Shown here piece after piece: positions 26,936 through 35,101 of a stretch of DNA of 64,000 nt. The notes under the pieces were generated by a model. The model was not told where the DNA came from. It made no database searches and saw nothing but the letters and a program-made list of their open reading frames with translations. How positions within the stretch are numbered: position 1 is the first letter of the stretch; each line of letters opens with the position of its first letter. The translations under genes were made by a program, and so were the position numbers. This stretch comes from Salinivirgaceae bacterium (GTDB lineage Bacteria > Bacteroidota > Bacteroidia > Bacteroidales > SZUA-534). Where the stretch lies: NCBI GenBank assembly GCA_017551905.1, contig JAFZKK010000149.1, positions 9 to 64,008 of the forward strand. Reading direction: 5' to 3'.

Positions 26936-28945
26936 TTATTCTGATATTTTTTTGAATTTATCGATTCCTTCATCCAAAAAATCCACAAACTCGCTGACAT
27001 TCAGGTTGTAACCCATTGGCGGGACAAGTAGTTGGCCGTCGGTGTCGAGCAGGCAGTAGTAGGGTTGGGCGTTGATTTTGAAGCGGCTGATTTGAAAATC
27101 GGCATTCACCTTGCCGATGCTTTTCTTCACTTTGCCGTCGTAGGCCGATGTCACCCATTCCGATTCTGGCAGCATGGTTTTGTCGTCAACATAAAGAGCC
27201 ACAACTATATAGTCGTTGCGCAGGCGGTCGAGCACTTCGGCATCGGACCACACGCGGGCTTCCATCTCGCGGCAGTTGACGCAGCCGTGGCCGGTAAAAT
27301 CGATAAACAGCGGTTTGCCTTGCTCTTTGGCGCACGCAAGTGCCTGATTATAATTGAAATAACCTTGCAGTCCGTGTGGCAGATGCAGAAGGTCGGCATA
27401 TTTGGGTGTCTCGCAAATGGCTGATTCATAATCGTCTGCCACGGCGGCGGTTTTAGCCGAAAGGTCGAAGTCGATTGTTGTTTGCGGCGGCAGATATCCC
27501 GAAAGGGCCTTCAATGGCGCGCCCCACATTCCGGGAATCAGGTAGATGACGAACGCCAATGTGAGCATTCCGAGCAGCAGCCGCAGCACACGCACGGGTC
27601 TGTGCTTGGTGCCCCAAACTTGCAGTTTTCCAAGCAGAAACAGCGCCAGCAGACTGAAGTCGGCAATCCAAATGGCAAGATAGACTTCGCGGTCCAAGAT
27701 GCCCCAGTGGTAGGTTTGGTCGGCCACGCTCAGGAATTTCAAGCCGAGTGCAATCTCGATGAATCCAAGTGTTACTTTAACTGTATTGAGCCAACTGCCT
27801 GATTTTGGCAACTTTGTGAGCCACGATGGAAAGAACGCCAGCAGCGTGAACGGCAGTGCGAAAGCTGCCGAAAAAGCCAGCATTGTGATTATCGGTTCCC
27901 AAATGTCGCCCTGCGTCGATTTCACGAGTATTGTGCCGACAATGGGGCCCGTGCACGAGAACGACACCAAAACCAGCGTCAGAGCCATAAAGAGTACGCC
28001 CACAAGGCCGCCTTTGTTCGAATTTGAGTCGGCTTTATTTATTAGTGAGCTTGGCAGAACAATCTCGAACGCGCCCAAAAACGATGCGGCGAACACCATA
28101 AAAATGATGAAAAACAGCACGTTAGGCAGCCAGTGCGTCGAGAGCCAGTTAAAAATATCGGCTGTAACCGATTGTCCGCCAATCAAGTATGTTGCAAAAA
28201 TGATGATTGCGATTGGAATGGTGTAGAGCGCCACTATCGACAGCCCGAACGTAGTGGCCATCGAGCGTGAGCGGCCTTTGTTCTGTTCGTTTTTCAGGAA
28301 GAACGACACGGTCATCGGCACCATCGGGAAGACGCACGGCGTGAGCAACGCGGCAAAGCCCCACAGAATGGCCTCGAGAATCACTTTCCAGAGCGAGTTT
28401 GAGTTGGCGGTGTGCACTACGGGTTCACTTTCCGTTAGTTTTGCGCCGTCCGACGGCTCGGCAGGTGCCGGAACCGCACTCTGTCCGCCGTCTAAAAACG
28501 ACAGGCTGAATTCTTTGTCGCCCATCACGCATTGCTCGTCGCTACAAGCCTGATATTCAATCTTTCCGCTCACGGCAGGGGCGGGGCCGGTAACTTTGAA
28601 AGTCTGTGCGAAGTGCGCCTCACGACTGAAAAACCGCACCACTGCGCCGGCATACTCGTCGTTTTCCTCTGTCACTTTCGACAGCTCACGAACGGTGTCA
28701 ACTCGCTCAACATCTGTCAGTTGCTCGAACGTGAAACTTGTGGGCAGCGAGTAGTTGCCTTTGGGCAGATATTGCGCGAAAATGTGCCAATTGGCATCGA
28801 TTTGTGCCTTAAAATCAATCTGATACTCGGTATCGGACAGCTTTTGGCTACTGATGTTCCATTTGACCGGATTTTGGATTTGCGCGTTGACGGCTATCGT
28901 GCAAAACGCGAAAATTGCTGAAAGTGTTTGTTTTATGAATTTCAT
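26936..28945 (-). CDS. dsbD: protein-disulfide reductase DsbD family (N-terminal DsbD-alpha-like, CcdA membrane core, C-terminal thioredoxin)
   Basis: Membrane-core cysteines (LLTPCVFPMVP and SFSCTGPIVG) and a C-terminal thioredoxin CxxC (GHGCVNCREME). Confidence 0.85.
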   Translation of the reverse strand: MKFIKQTLSAIFAFCTIAVNAQIQNPVKWNISSQKLSDTEYQIDFKAQIDANWHIFAQYLPKGNYSLPTSFTFEQLTDVERVDTVRELSKVTEENDEYAGAVVRFFSREAHFAQTFKVTGPAPAVSGKIEYQACSDEQCVMGDKEFSLSFLDGGQSAVPAPAEPSDGAKLTESEPVVHTANSNSLWKVILEAILWGFAALLTPCVFPMVPMTVSFFLKNEQNKGRSRSMATTFGLSIVALYTIPIAIIIFATYLIGGQSVTADIFNWLSTHWLPNVLFFIIFMVFAASFLGAFEIVLPSSLINKADSNSNKGGLVGVLFMALTLVLVSFSCTGPIVGTILVKSTQGDIWEPIITMLAFSAAFALPFTLLAFFPSWLTKLPKSGSWLNTVKVTLGFIEIALGLKFLSVADQTYHWGILDREVYLAIWIADFSLLALFLLGKLQVWGTKHRPVRVLRLLLGMLTLAFVIYLIPGMWGAPLKALSGYLPPQTTIDFDLSAKTAAVADDYESAICETPKYADLLHLPHGLQGYFNYNQALACAKEQGKPLFIDFTGHGCVNCREMEARVWSDAEVLDRLRNDYIVVALYVDDKTMLPESEWVTSAYDGKVKKSIGKVNADFQISRFKINAQPYYCLLDTDGQLLVPPMGYNLNVSEFVDFLDEGIDKFKKISE

Positions 28946-29038
28946 ACCAAAACAGTTTGTTTTTGTAAAAGTATGAAAATTGTTGGCTGTAACTTTAAAA
29001 ACGCCGTTTTTCTTGCTGATAAGCCGCAGAAATCACAG

Positions 29039-29070
29039 AAAACACGGAATTTTGAGCGTTTCCGTGTTTT
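29039..29070 (-). terminator. perfect 11-bp hairpin AAAACACGGAA / TTCCGTGTTTT downstream of the TonB-dependent receptor gene
   Basis: The arms are at 29039-29049 and 29060-29070, with a 10-nt loop. On the minus strand the stem ends in TTTT. It overlaps the repeated element listed next, so its function is ambiguous. Confidence 0.4.
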
Positions 29071-29088
29071 CAGTGAGTTCCGTGGTAA
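29059..29088. repeat. 30-nt intergenic element, copy A (TTTCCGTGTTTTCAGTGAGTTCCGTGGTAA)
   Basis: 28/30 identical to 49662-49691. It lies between the receptor stop (29094) and the dsbD start (28945). Confidence 0.9.
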
Positions 29089-29093
29089 TTGTT

Positions 29094-31130
29094 TCATCGT
29101 TTAGCCAATTCAACTTTCACGCCAGCCTTCACCCAACGCCCCGGCAGTTGCAAACCGCTGAAATCGAACGCTTTGGCATTGCCGATGTTGGTTGCTTCGG
29201 CAAACACGGTCAGCCATTTGAGCGAGTAGGCCGCACCCGCGTCAACGGTGCAAAAGCCGTTGTATGGCCGCGTCTCGACGGTTCCGTCGGCAAGGGCCAC
29301 ATCGTAGTTGCCGTTGCGTTTTTGATAGACGAAACGGATGTCAACTTTCAGTCGTTCAGCCGATTGCAGGTCGATGGCGGCTGTGAATTTGTGCTTCAGT
29401 TGGTCGAAGGCGTAGAGCGATTCGTAGCCGCTCGATGCCTTTGAAACCGAAATGTGCGAGTAGCTACATTCCACCTGATTGACTGTCAGCCATTTGCTGC
29501 ACAAATATTCCGACGGACGTGCAATAATCTGCACTTCCTGCCCGAAGGTGTTTAGCTCTGTAATGTTTTGTGATTCATACAGTTCCGCCGCCGATGTCCG
29601 TGCCCAGTCGATAATGTTGCGGCCGCGGCGCAGGTAGATGTTGCCGTTCATTTCAAGAACCGACATTTTCGACCGCAGTCCAAGTTCGTAAGTGGTTGCT
29701 TTTTCAGCTTTTAGGTCGGGATTTTGACGGTGTTTTGGGTCGTTGTAGAACAGGTCGGTGAACGTGGGCAGGCGGTACGAGCGGTTGGCGGCGGCGTACA
29801 GCTTCAGGTTGCGGTTGGCGGCGTAGCTTACGTCGATGCCGGGGAAAACGTCGGTGCCTTTGTATTGCAAAACGGCCGCCCCAACCGACACGGCAAATTT
29901 GCTGCCGACATATTTATTGTTCAGTGCCACAGTTAGATAGCCGCGGTCATAGAAATGGTCGTAGCGGATGCTGTCCGATGTGCGCGCGCGGCGGCTGAGG
30001 CTCTCGTCTGCATTGCCCAAACGGTTGCTACTGATGCGCTCGCTGCGGTATTCGGCGTTCAGCGTTGTGCGGCCAATGGCGGTGGAGGTCTCAAGTCCGG
30101 CGTTCGCGCCCCAAACATCCGTAAGATGGTGATTTTGATATATGTTAGGATTGTCGCGCACCAGCACGTAATAGTCGCGTAGGCGGCGCCCATACACGTT
30201 TGCCGACATTTTCAGCCGTTGTCCGGCCTCGATGCCGATACTGCCGATGGTCAGTCTATTTTCTTCATATTGAGTAGGATAGGACAGCGTGTAAAATCCA
30301 TTGCTGCCGAATTTCTTGTCGGTCAAGCCAAATTGTGCGTTGACGCTGAACCGCCCATCCGTGTAAACGCCTCTGTAATAGACGGTTTGGATGTCGTAAT
30401 CGGTGTTCGCGGTGTAGCCGTCGGAATGTGATTTTGCGGCAGCGGCAAAACTGTTCAACCCATTGATTGTCAGGTTGGTCGATGCCGATATTTTGTAAAG
30501 TCCGTGCTGTCCGGCCGTCAGCCTTGCGGTGGCTGTGTTGACGGTGTCGGTGGGCGTGCTGAAGCAAACCGCGCCGTTGAGCGCGTTGGTGCCCAAAATG
30601 CGGCTTTGCGCACCGCTCACAATTTCAATCTTTTGCGTGTTGGCAAGGTCGATTGGCAGACAGAAATTGTTGTGTCCCGTTTGCGGGTCACTGAAGTTTA
30701 TTTTGTTGATTATGATTGCGTTTTGGTCGGTTGAGCCGCCGCGGATTGAGAGGTCGGCTTGCACATCGTTCAGGCCGCGCTGCCTGATGTCTAAGGAAGG
30801 AATGTACTCGAGGAAATCGGTGAGGCTTTGTTGGGGCGCAGCGTCCATTTGGCGCGTGCTGACGACGGTTTGTTGCAGCACCATCTGCGTGAAGGTTACG
30901 GGCGTTCGGTCGGTTGCAACAATCACCTCGTCAATGTCGATGTGACTGCCTACTTGCACCGAGTCAATCATCGACTCACACTTTGCCTGCGTGGCCACAA
31001 CTGTCAGTGTGTCAACCAGAACGCAGATTTTAATCACTTTGCCGATGCTGCAAAACGTAGCATACGGCTTTCGCGTCCATTGCGAAAAATGGACAAGTTT
31101 CTTTCCGAAACTTCGCTTTTTCTGTTTCAT
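29094..31130 (-). CDS. TonB-dependent receptor (plug + beta-barrel)
   Basis: Plug-domain motifs (DEVIVAT...LDIRQRGLNDVQADLSIRGGSTDQNAIIINKINFSDP...IEIVSGAQSRILGTNALNGAV) and a long beta-barrel. Confidence 0.85.
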   Translation of the reverse strand: MKQKKRSFGKKLVHFSQWTRKPYATFCSIGKVIKICVLVDTLTVVATQAKCESMIDSVQVGSHIDIDEVIVATDRTPVTFTQMVLQQTVVSTRQMDAAPQQSLTDFLEYIPSLDIRQRGLNDVQADLSIRGGSTDQNAIIINKINFSDPQTGHNNFCLPIDLANTQKIEIVSGAQSRILGTNALNGAVCFSTPTDTVNTATARLTAGQHGLYKISASTNLTINGLNSFAAAAKSHSDGYTANTDYDIQTVYYRGVYTDGRFSVNAQFGLTDKKFGSNGFYTLSYPTQYEENRLTIGSIGIEAGQRLKMSANVYGRRLRDYYVLVRDNPNIYQNHHLTDVWGANAGLETSTAIGRTTLNAEYRSERISSNRLGNADESLSRRARTSDSIRYDHFYDRGYLTVALNNKYVGSKFAVSVGAAVLQYKGTDVFPGIDVSYAANRNLKLYAAANRSYRLPTFTDLFYNDPKHRQNPDLKAEKATTYELGLRSKMSVLEMNGNIYLRRGRNIIDWARTSAAELYESQNITELNTFGQEVQIIARPSEYLCSKWLTVNQVECSYSHISVSKASSGYESLYAFDQLKHKFTAAIDLQSAERLKVDIRFVYQKRNGNYDVALADGTVETRPYNGFCTVDAGAAYSLKWLTVFAEATNIGNAKAFDFSGLQLPGRWVKAGVKVELAKR

Positions 31131-31175
31131 ATAAAATGTGTTTAAAATTAGCGTCGGCTTTATTGCAAAAAGCGC

Positions 31176-31212
31176 ACCAAAAAAGGCATGGTCGGAACAA
31201 CCATGCCTTTTC
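31176..31212 (-). terminator. rho-independent terminator after the alcohol dehydrogenase gene
   Basis: On the minus strand, AAAGGCATGG-loop-CCATGCCTTT forms a 10-bp stem (31182-31191 / 31201-31210) followed by six T (complement of the A-run at 31179-31184). Confidence 0.8.
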
Positions 31213-31234
31213 TTCGTTTTCTATGTCGCAAATC

Positions 31235-32440
31235 CTATTTGTTTGCCAACTGATAAATCGCCAATATGTCGTTGTAAGCCAGCTTCTTAAGGTTGCCGAC
31301 GGTTGAAGTTTTTCCAATTGAGCATTTGTCGGCCATAAGTTGCATTTCGCTGTCGGTGGCTTTGCGGCCAATCAGTTCCGGAATCGATGTCGGCATGCCG
31401 ATGCTGTGGTAGAAGCGGCACATTGCGGCTATGCCTTCAAGAGCGGTGTCTTTTGCCGAACGGAAATTGTTGGGCACATCAAGCACGTTTACAGCAAATT
31501 GCGCAAAGCGTGTCGGATTCTCGTCGAGCACATAGGCGGCCCAGTGCGGCCAAATGGCGGCCAGTCCGGCTCCGTGCGCCACATTGTACAATGCCGACAG
31601 TTCGTGTTCGATGCAGTGTGTTGCCCAGTCGCCCGTTGTGCCGCAGCCAGTCAAGCCGTTGTGTGCAATAGAGCCGGCCCACATTATTTGGGAGCGCAGA
31701 TGGTAATTGTCGGGCTCAGCCAGCACTTTCGGTCCGCATTGGCGCACGGTTTTCAGTATCGATTCGGCAACAGCGTCGGTTATCAGCATATCATCGTCGT
31801 GCGAGAAATAGCGTTCCATGGTGTGCATCATAATGTCGGTGATGCCGCATGCGGTCTGGAATGGCGGTAGCGTAAGGGTGCGCTCAGGGTTCATTATGGC
31901 GAAGCGCGGACGGCACAAATCGACATCGTACGAGCGTTTCACATCGGTTGACGTAACAGGCTCTTGCTCAGCTTCTTTTGTTATCACGCAGCCTTCGCTC
32001 ATCTCTGAGCCGGCGGCCGGTATGGTAAGCACCACGCCAAGCGGACGGCAGGTGTCGGCTTCGCCTTTGCCAATAAACAAATCCCACACATCGCCTTTAT
32101 AATCAAGCCCATAGCCAATAGCTTTAACCGAGTCGATGACGGAGCCGCCGCCAACGGCAAGTAGAAAATCGACATTTTCGGCCTTGCAAAGCGCGATGCC
32201 TTTGCGCACCAGCGACAATCTTGGGTTTGGTACCACACCGCCCAATTCAACGTGTTTAATTCCTGCAGAATCAAGGCTTTTGCGTACAACGTTGAGCACC
32301 CCCGACCGCTCGGCGCTTTGTCCGCCGTAGTGGATGAGCACTTTTTTGCCGCCATATTTCTGAACCATTGCGGCTATCTGGCTTTCCGAATCGCGGCCGA
32401 AGATGACTTCGGTTGGCGCATAGTACTTGAAATCTTTCAT
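31235..32440 (-). CDS. iron-containing (group III) alcohol dehydrogenase, butanol-dehydrogenase-like
   Basis: MKDFKYYAPTEVIFG...GGGSVIDSVKA...HGLTG...HELSALYNVAHGAG are typical Fe-ADH motifs. The ATG at 32440 is preferred over the upstream start at 32491. Confidence 0.85.
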   Translation of the reverse strand: MKDFKYYAPTEVIFGRDSESQIAAMVQKYGGKKVLIHYGGQSAERSGVLNVVRKSLDSAGIKHVELGGVVPNPRLSLVRKGIALCKAENVDFLLAVGGGSVIDSVKAIGYGLDYKGDVWDLFIGKGEADTCRPLGVVLTIPAAGSEMSEGCVITKEAEQEPVTSTDVKRSYDVDLCRPRFAIMNPERTLTLPPFQTACGITDIMMHTMERYFSHDDDMLITDAVAESILKTVRQCGPKVLAEPDNYHLRSQIMWAGSIAHNGLTGCGTTGDWATHCIEHELSALYNVAHGAGLAAIWPHWAAYVLDENPTRFAQFAVNVLDVPNNFRSAKDTALEGIAAMCRFYHSIGMPTSIPELIGRKATDSEMQLMADKCSIGKTSTVGNLKKLAYNDILAIYQLANK

Positions 32441-32543
32441 ATTGTGATGTTTTTGCAGTGTAAATAGCTGTTTGTAAATGCTTTCCGACAAAGATAATTA
32501 TTGTCGGCAAAGTTGTTCGTTTGCAGCTATTTTCTTTTTTGTG

Positions 32544-33263
32544 CTAATTGTTTTTCAGAAACGCTTCGGCCTCAGCAATTTTCTCAACAGAGCCGGCGTC
32601 GAACCAATAGTCGCTTTGGTGCGGATATCCGATAATTTTGTGGGAGGAGGCAAGTTTCAAATAATGAGGAATTATCGGGAAGACATCGTCGTCGGGAAAT
32701 TTATCAATAATACTTGGCGAGATGATGTGAATGCCGCTGAAAGCATACTGCGAAAGCCCCGATTTTTCGGCCACGTATATGGCTTCGCACGTCTTTGTGT
32801 TCTGCCAGCCTTTAAGTTGTAAATTATTGTCAAACAACAGATAACGTGAACTTTTCCGCTCTCTTATAGCCAGTGTTGCGTCGGCTTTCGATTCAATGTG
32901 ACGGCGCAGCATTTTCTGTAAGTCGATGTTGCTCAGAATATCGACGTTGGTTATCATAATCGGAGCTTTGCCGCTGAACAAACCGATGGCTTTTTTCAGT
33001 CCGCCGCCCGTGTCGAGTAGCAAATCGCTCTCGTCGGAAATCAGAATGTCGATGTCGTATTTCAGGTTGGCGATGTATGTTTTCATCATTTCGGCAAAGT
33101 GGTGCACGTTGATAACCACACGTGTGACACCGTTCCTAATCAGTAACTCGATGCAGTGCTGCAAGAGCGTTTTTCCGCACACTTCGACCAAGGCTTTCGG
33201 CTTGTCGTTTGTCAGCGGCCGCAAGCGTGTGCCCAAGCCGGCGGCAAATATCATTGCTTCCAT
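32544..33263 (-). CDS. sugar-1-phosphate nucleotidyltransferase, MurU-like (N-acetylmuramate-1-P uridylyltransferase candidate)
   Basis: MEAMIFAAGLGTRLRPLTNDKPKALV is the NTP_transferase G-loop. About 240 aa. Collinear by eye with Pseudomonas MurU. It starts 11 nt after the AmgK-like gene. Confidence 0.7.
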   Translation of the reverse strand: MEAMIFAAGLGTRLRPLTNDKPKALVEVCGKTLLQHCIELLIRNGVTRVVINVHHFAEMMKTYIANLKYDIDILISDESDLLLDTGGGLKKAIGLFSGKAPIMITNVDILSNIDLQKMLRRHIESKADATLAIRERKSSRYLLFDNNLQLKGWQNTKTCEAIYVAEKSGLSQYAFSGIHIISPSIIDKFPDDDVFPIIPHYLKLASSHKIIGYPHQSDYWFDAGSVEKIAEAEAFLKNN

Positions 33264-33274
33264 TGTTTGACAGA

Positions 33275-34699
33275 TTAACTGATTGATGGGTTGAATATCT
33301 GATTGATTTTCAGTTCGCGATGAATGAGTTTTACGCGGACATTGTGCTTTTTGCTTATTGCTTCGGCAAAATTCTGCGCGCAATAGGCGGAGCGGTGCTG
33401 ACCGCCGGTGCAGCCAAAGCACACCATAAGTTTGGTAAAACCGCGCTCAATGTATTTTTCGATTGTAGGTGTCACAATATCAATGGCTTGCGACAGAAAA
33501 TGGTCGATAGTGGAGTTCGCTTTCAGAAAGTCGATAACCGGCTGGTCGCGTCCGGTAAGCATTTTGTACTCGTCGTAGCGGCCGGGATTGTGCTGCCCGC
33601 GGCAGTCGAACACAAAGCCGCCGCCGGTTTCAGCGTCTGTCGGAATGCCTTTTTTGTACGAGAAGCTGACAACGGTTACCGTCAGTCCGCTGTAGTCATC
33701 TTTTTCGGGTTCTTCAATCTCAATTTTGTCGGCAATCTCGCATAAATGCGGTAGAGGCAAAATGTTGAGTGCCAGCAAGTTTTTGAGGTTTTTCAGTGCA
33801 AACGGAATGCTTTCGATAAAATGCTGTTTTTTCTCGTAATAGCCTCTATATCCGTATGCACCAAGCACTTGCAGAGTTCTTATGAGAGCGAATATCTTGA
33901 ACTCGCGCTTCAGTTGCGCAGTGTCAATATCTATCAGTTTTTTAACCGACTCTAAATATTTGTTGAACAACAAATTGCGTGTTTCTTCGCTCAGCTTGGC
34001 TTTTGCCTGATACAAAAGCGAAGCCACATCGTAAGCCAATGGACCGTGTTTGCCGCCTTGAAAATCAATGTAATACGGAGTACCATTTTTCAACATTATA
34101 TTCCTCGACTGAAAATCGCGGAACATAAAGTATTGATTGTCAGTGCCAGCAACGGCTTGTTTTATTGTCTCAAAGTCGGTTTCAAGTTTTTGCTCGTCGA
34201 AGTTGATGTGAGCGTTTTTTAAGTAACAGTATTTGAAATAGTTAAGGTCCCATTGAATGGCTGTTTGGTCAAAATTTTGAGAGCCTATGCACAGACTGTA
34301 ATCGATTTTCCTTCCGGCCGAAATCTGTATTTTGGCCAAATCGTCTAAAACTTTGGAAAACAGCTTTATAAGTTCGCTATCTGGATTGCCGTCGGCTGCC
34401 GTTACCAAGTCGTAGAGCGTTTCACGGCCAATGTCTTCCACCAAATAGTAGCGCATGGTGTCATCGTGAGAGAGCACTGTCGGCACATTTATTCCGCAGT
34501 CGGTAAATGTCTGTGTGAAAGATAGATATGCTTTGTTTTCTGTTGTGTCATCGTTGTGAACGGCTAAAACCGTTGTGCCGTCGGAGGCCGTAAGACGGTA
34601 GTAGCGCCGGTTTGAGCCGGAGTGGGGCAGTGGCTCGCATTTTTTGTACGGCTCGCCAAATCTCTCCTGAAAAAGCCGTTCTATTGTGTTGTCTGGCAT
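33275..34699 (-). CDS. fusion protein: aminoglycoside-phosphotransferase-fold (AmgK-like) kinase + RapZ C-terminal-like domain
   Basis: The N-terminal ~330 aa are APH-fold (FRDFQSRNIMLKNGTPYYIDFQG catalytic loop). The C-terminal ~140 aa match the RapZ/YvcJ C-domain (VVSFSYKKGIP...FVFDCRGQHNPGR...LTGRD..V..FL...GCTGGQHRS). Confidence 0.7.
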   Translation of the reverse strand: MPDNTIERLFQERFGEPYKKCEPLPHSGSNRRYYRLTASDGTTVLAVHNDDTTENKAYLSFTQTFTDCGINVPTVLSHDDTMRYYLVEDIGRETLYDLVTAADGNPDSELIKLFSKVLDDLAKIQISAGRKIDYSLCIGSQNFDQTAIQWDLNYFKYCYLKNAHINFDEQKLETDFETIKQAVAGTDNQYFMFRDFQSRNIMLKNGTPYYIDFQGGKHGPLAYDVASLLYQAKAKLSEETRNLLFNKYLESVKKLIDIDTAQLKREFKIFALIRTLQVLGAYGYRGYYEKKQHFIESIPFALKNLKNLLALNILPLPHLCEIADKIEIEEPEKDDYSGLTVTVVSFSYKKGIPTDAETGGGFVFDCRGQHNPGRYDEYKMLTGRDQPVIDFLKANSTIDHFLSQAIDIVTPTIEKYIERGFTKLMVCFGCTGGQHRSAYCAQNFAEAISKKHNVRVKLIHRELKINQIFNPSIS

Positions 34700-34708
34700 A
34701 TAATTAGC

Positions 34709-35053
34709 TTATAACGAGGCAATTGCTTCGTCTAAATTGCTGTAAATGTCAAGAATCTGATTAATGCGTGTCATTGTTATCACATTGTTAACCGACTGGC
34801 TCAGATTGAAGAATTTCAGCTTGCAGTTGTTGTTGCGCGAGTGGTTGTAAATGCTTATCAATGTGCCTAATCCGGTACTATCGATAACCTCGATGTTGCT
34901 CATATCAACTAGAATCGAAAGGTAATAATGCTGGTCGACAAGCTCGTTGAGTTGATTTTTTATCTCGTTGTCGCTTGAAACCGTCAGACGGTTGTTTTCT
35001 GGCATGGGGGTTACTATGGCGCAACCTGCAATCTGATTGTCTATCTTTATCAT
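34709..35053 (-). CDS. STAS-domain protein (anti-sigma-factor antagonist, SpoIIAA-like)
   Basis: 114 aa. The STAS core is VIDSTGLGTLISIY, carrying the conserved phosphorylatable Ser/Thr position in DSTG. Confidence 0.85.
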   Translation of the reverse strand: MIKIDNQIAGCAIVTPMPENNRLTVSSDNEIKNQLNELVDQHYYLSILVDMSNIEVIDSTGLGTLISIYNHSRNNNCKLKFFNLSQSVNNVITMTRINQILDIYSNLDEAIASL

Positions 35054-35101
35054 AATTAGTGAGATATAAGAGTCCTAAGTTTAAAGTTTTAAGTTAGAAA
35101 G

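Noticed and set aside
31131-31234. Possible cobalamin or thiamine riboswitch in front of the BtuB-like TonB-dependent receptor (29094-31130).
   Set aside because: Only about 100 nt are available, and most of that is the terminator hairpin of the upstream alcohol dehydrogenase gene. No B12-box or THI-box-like sequence is visible.
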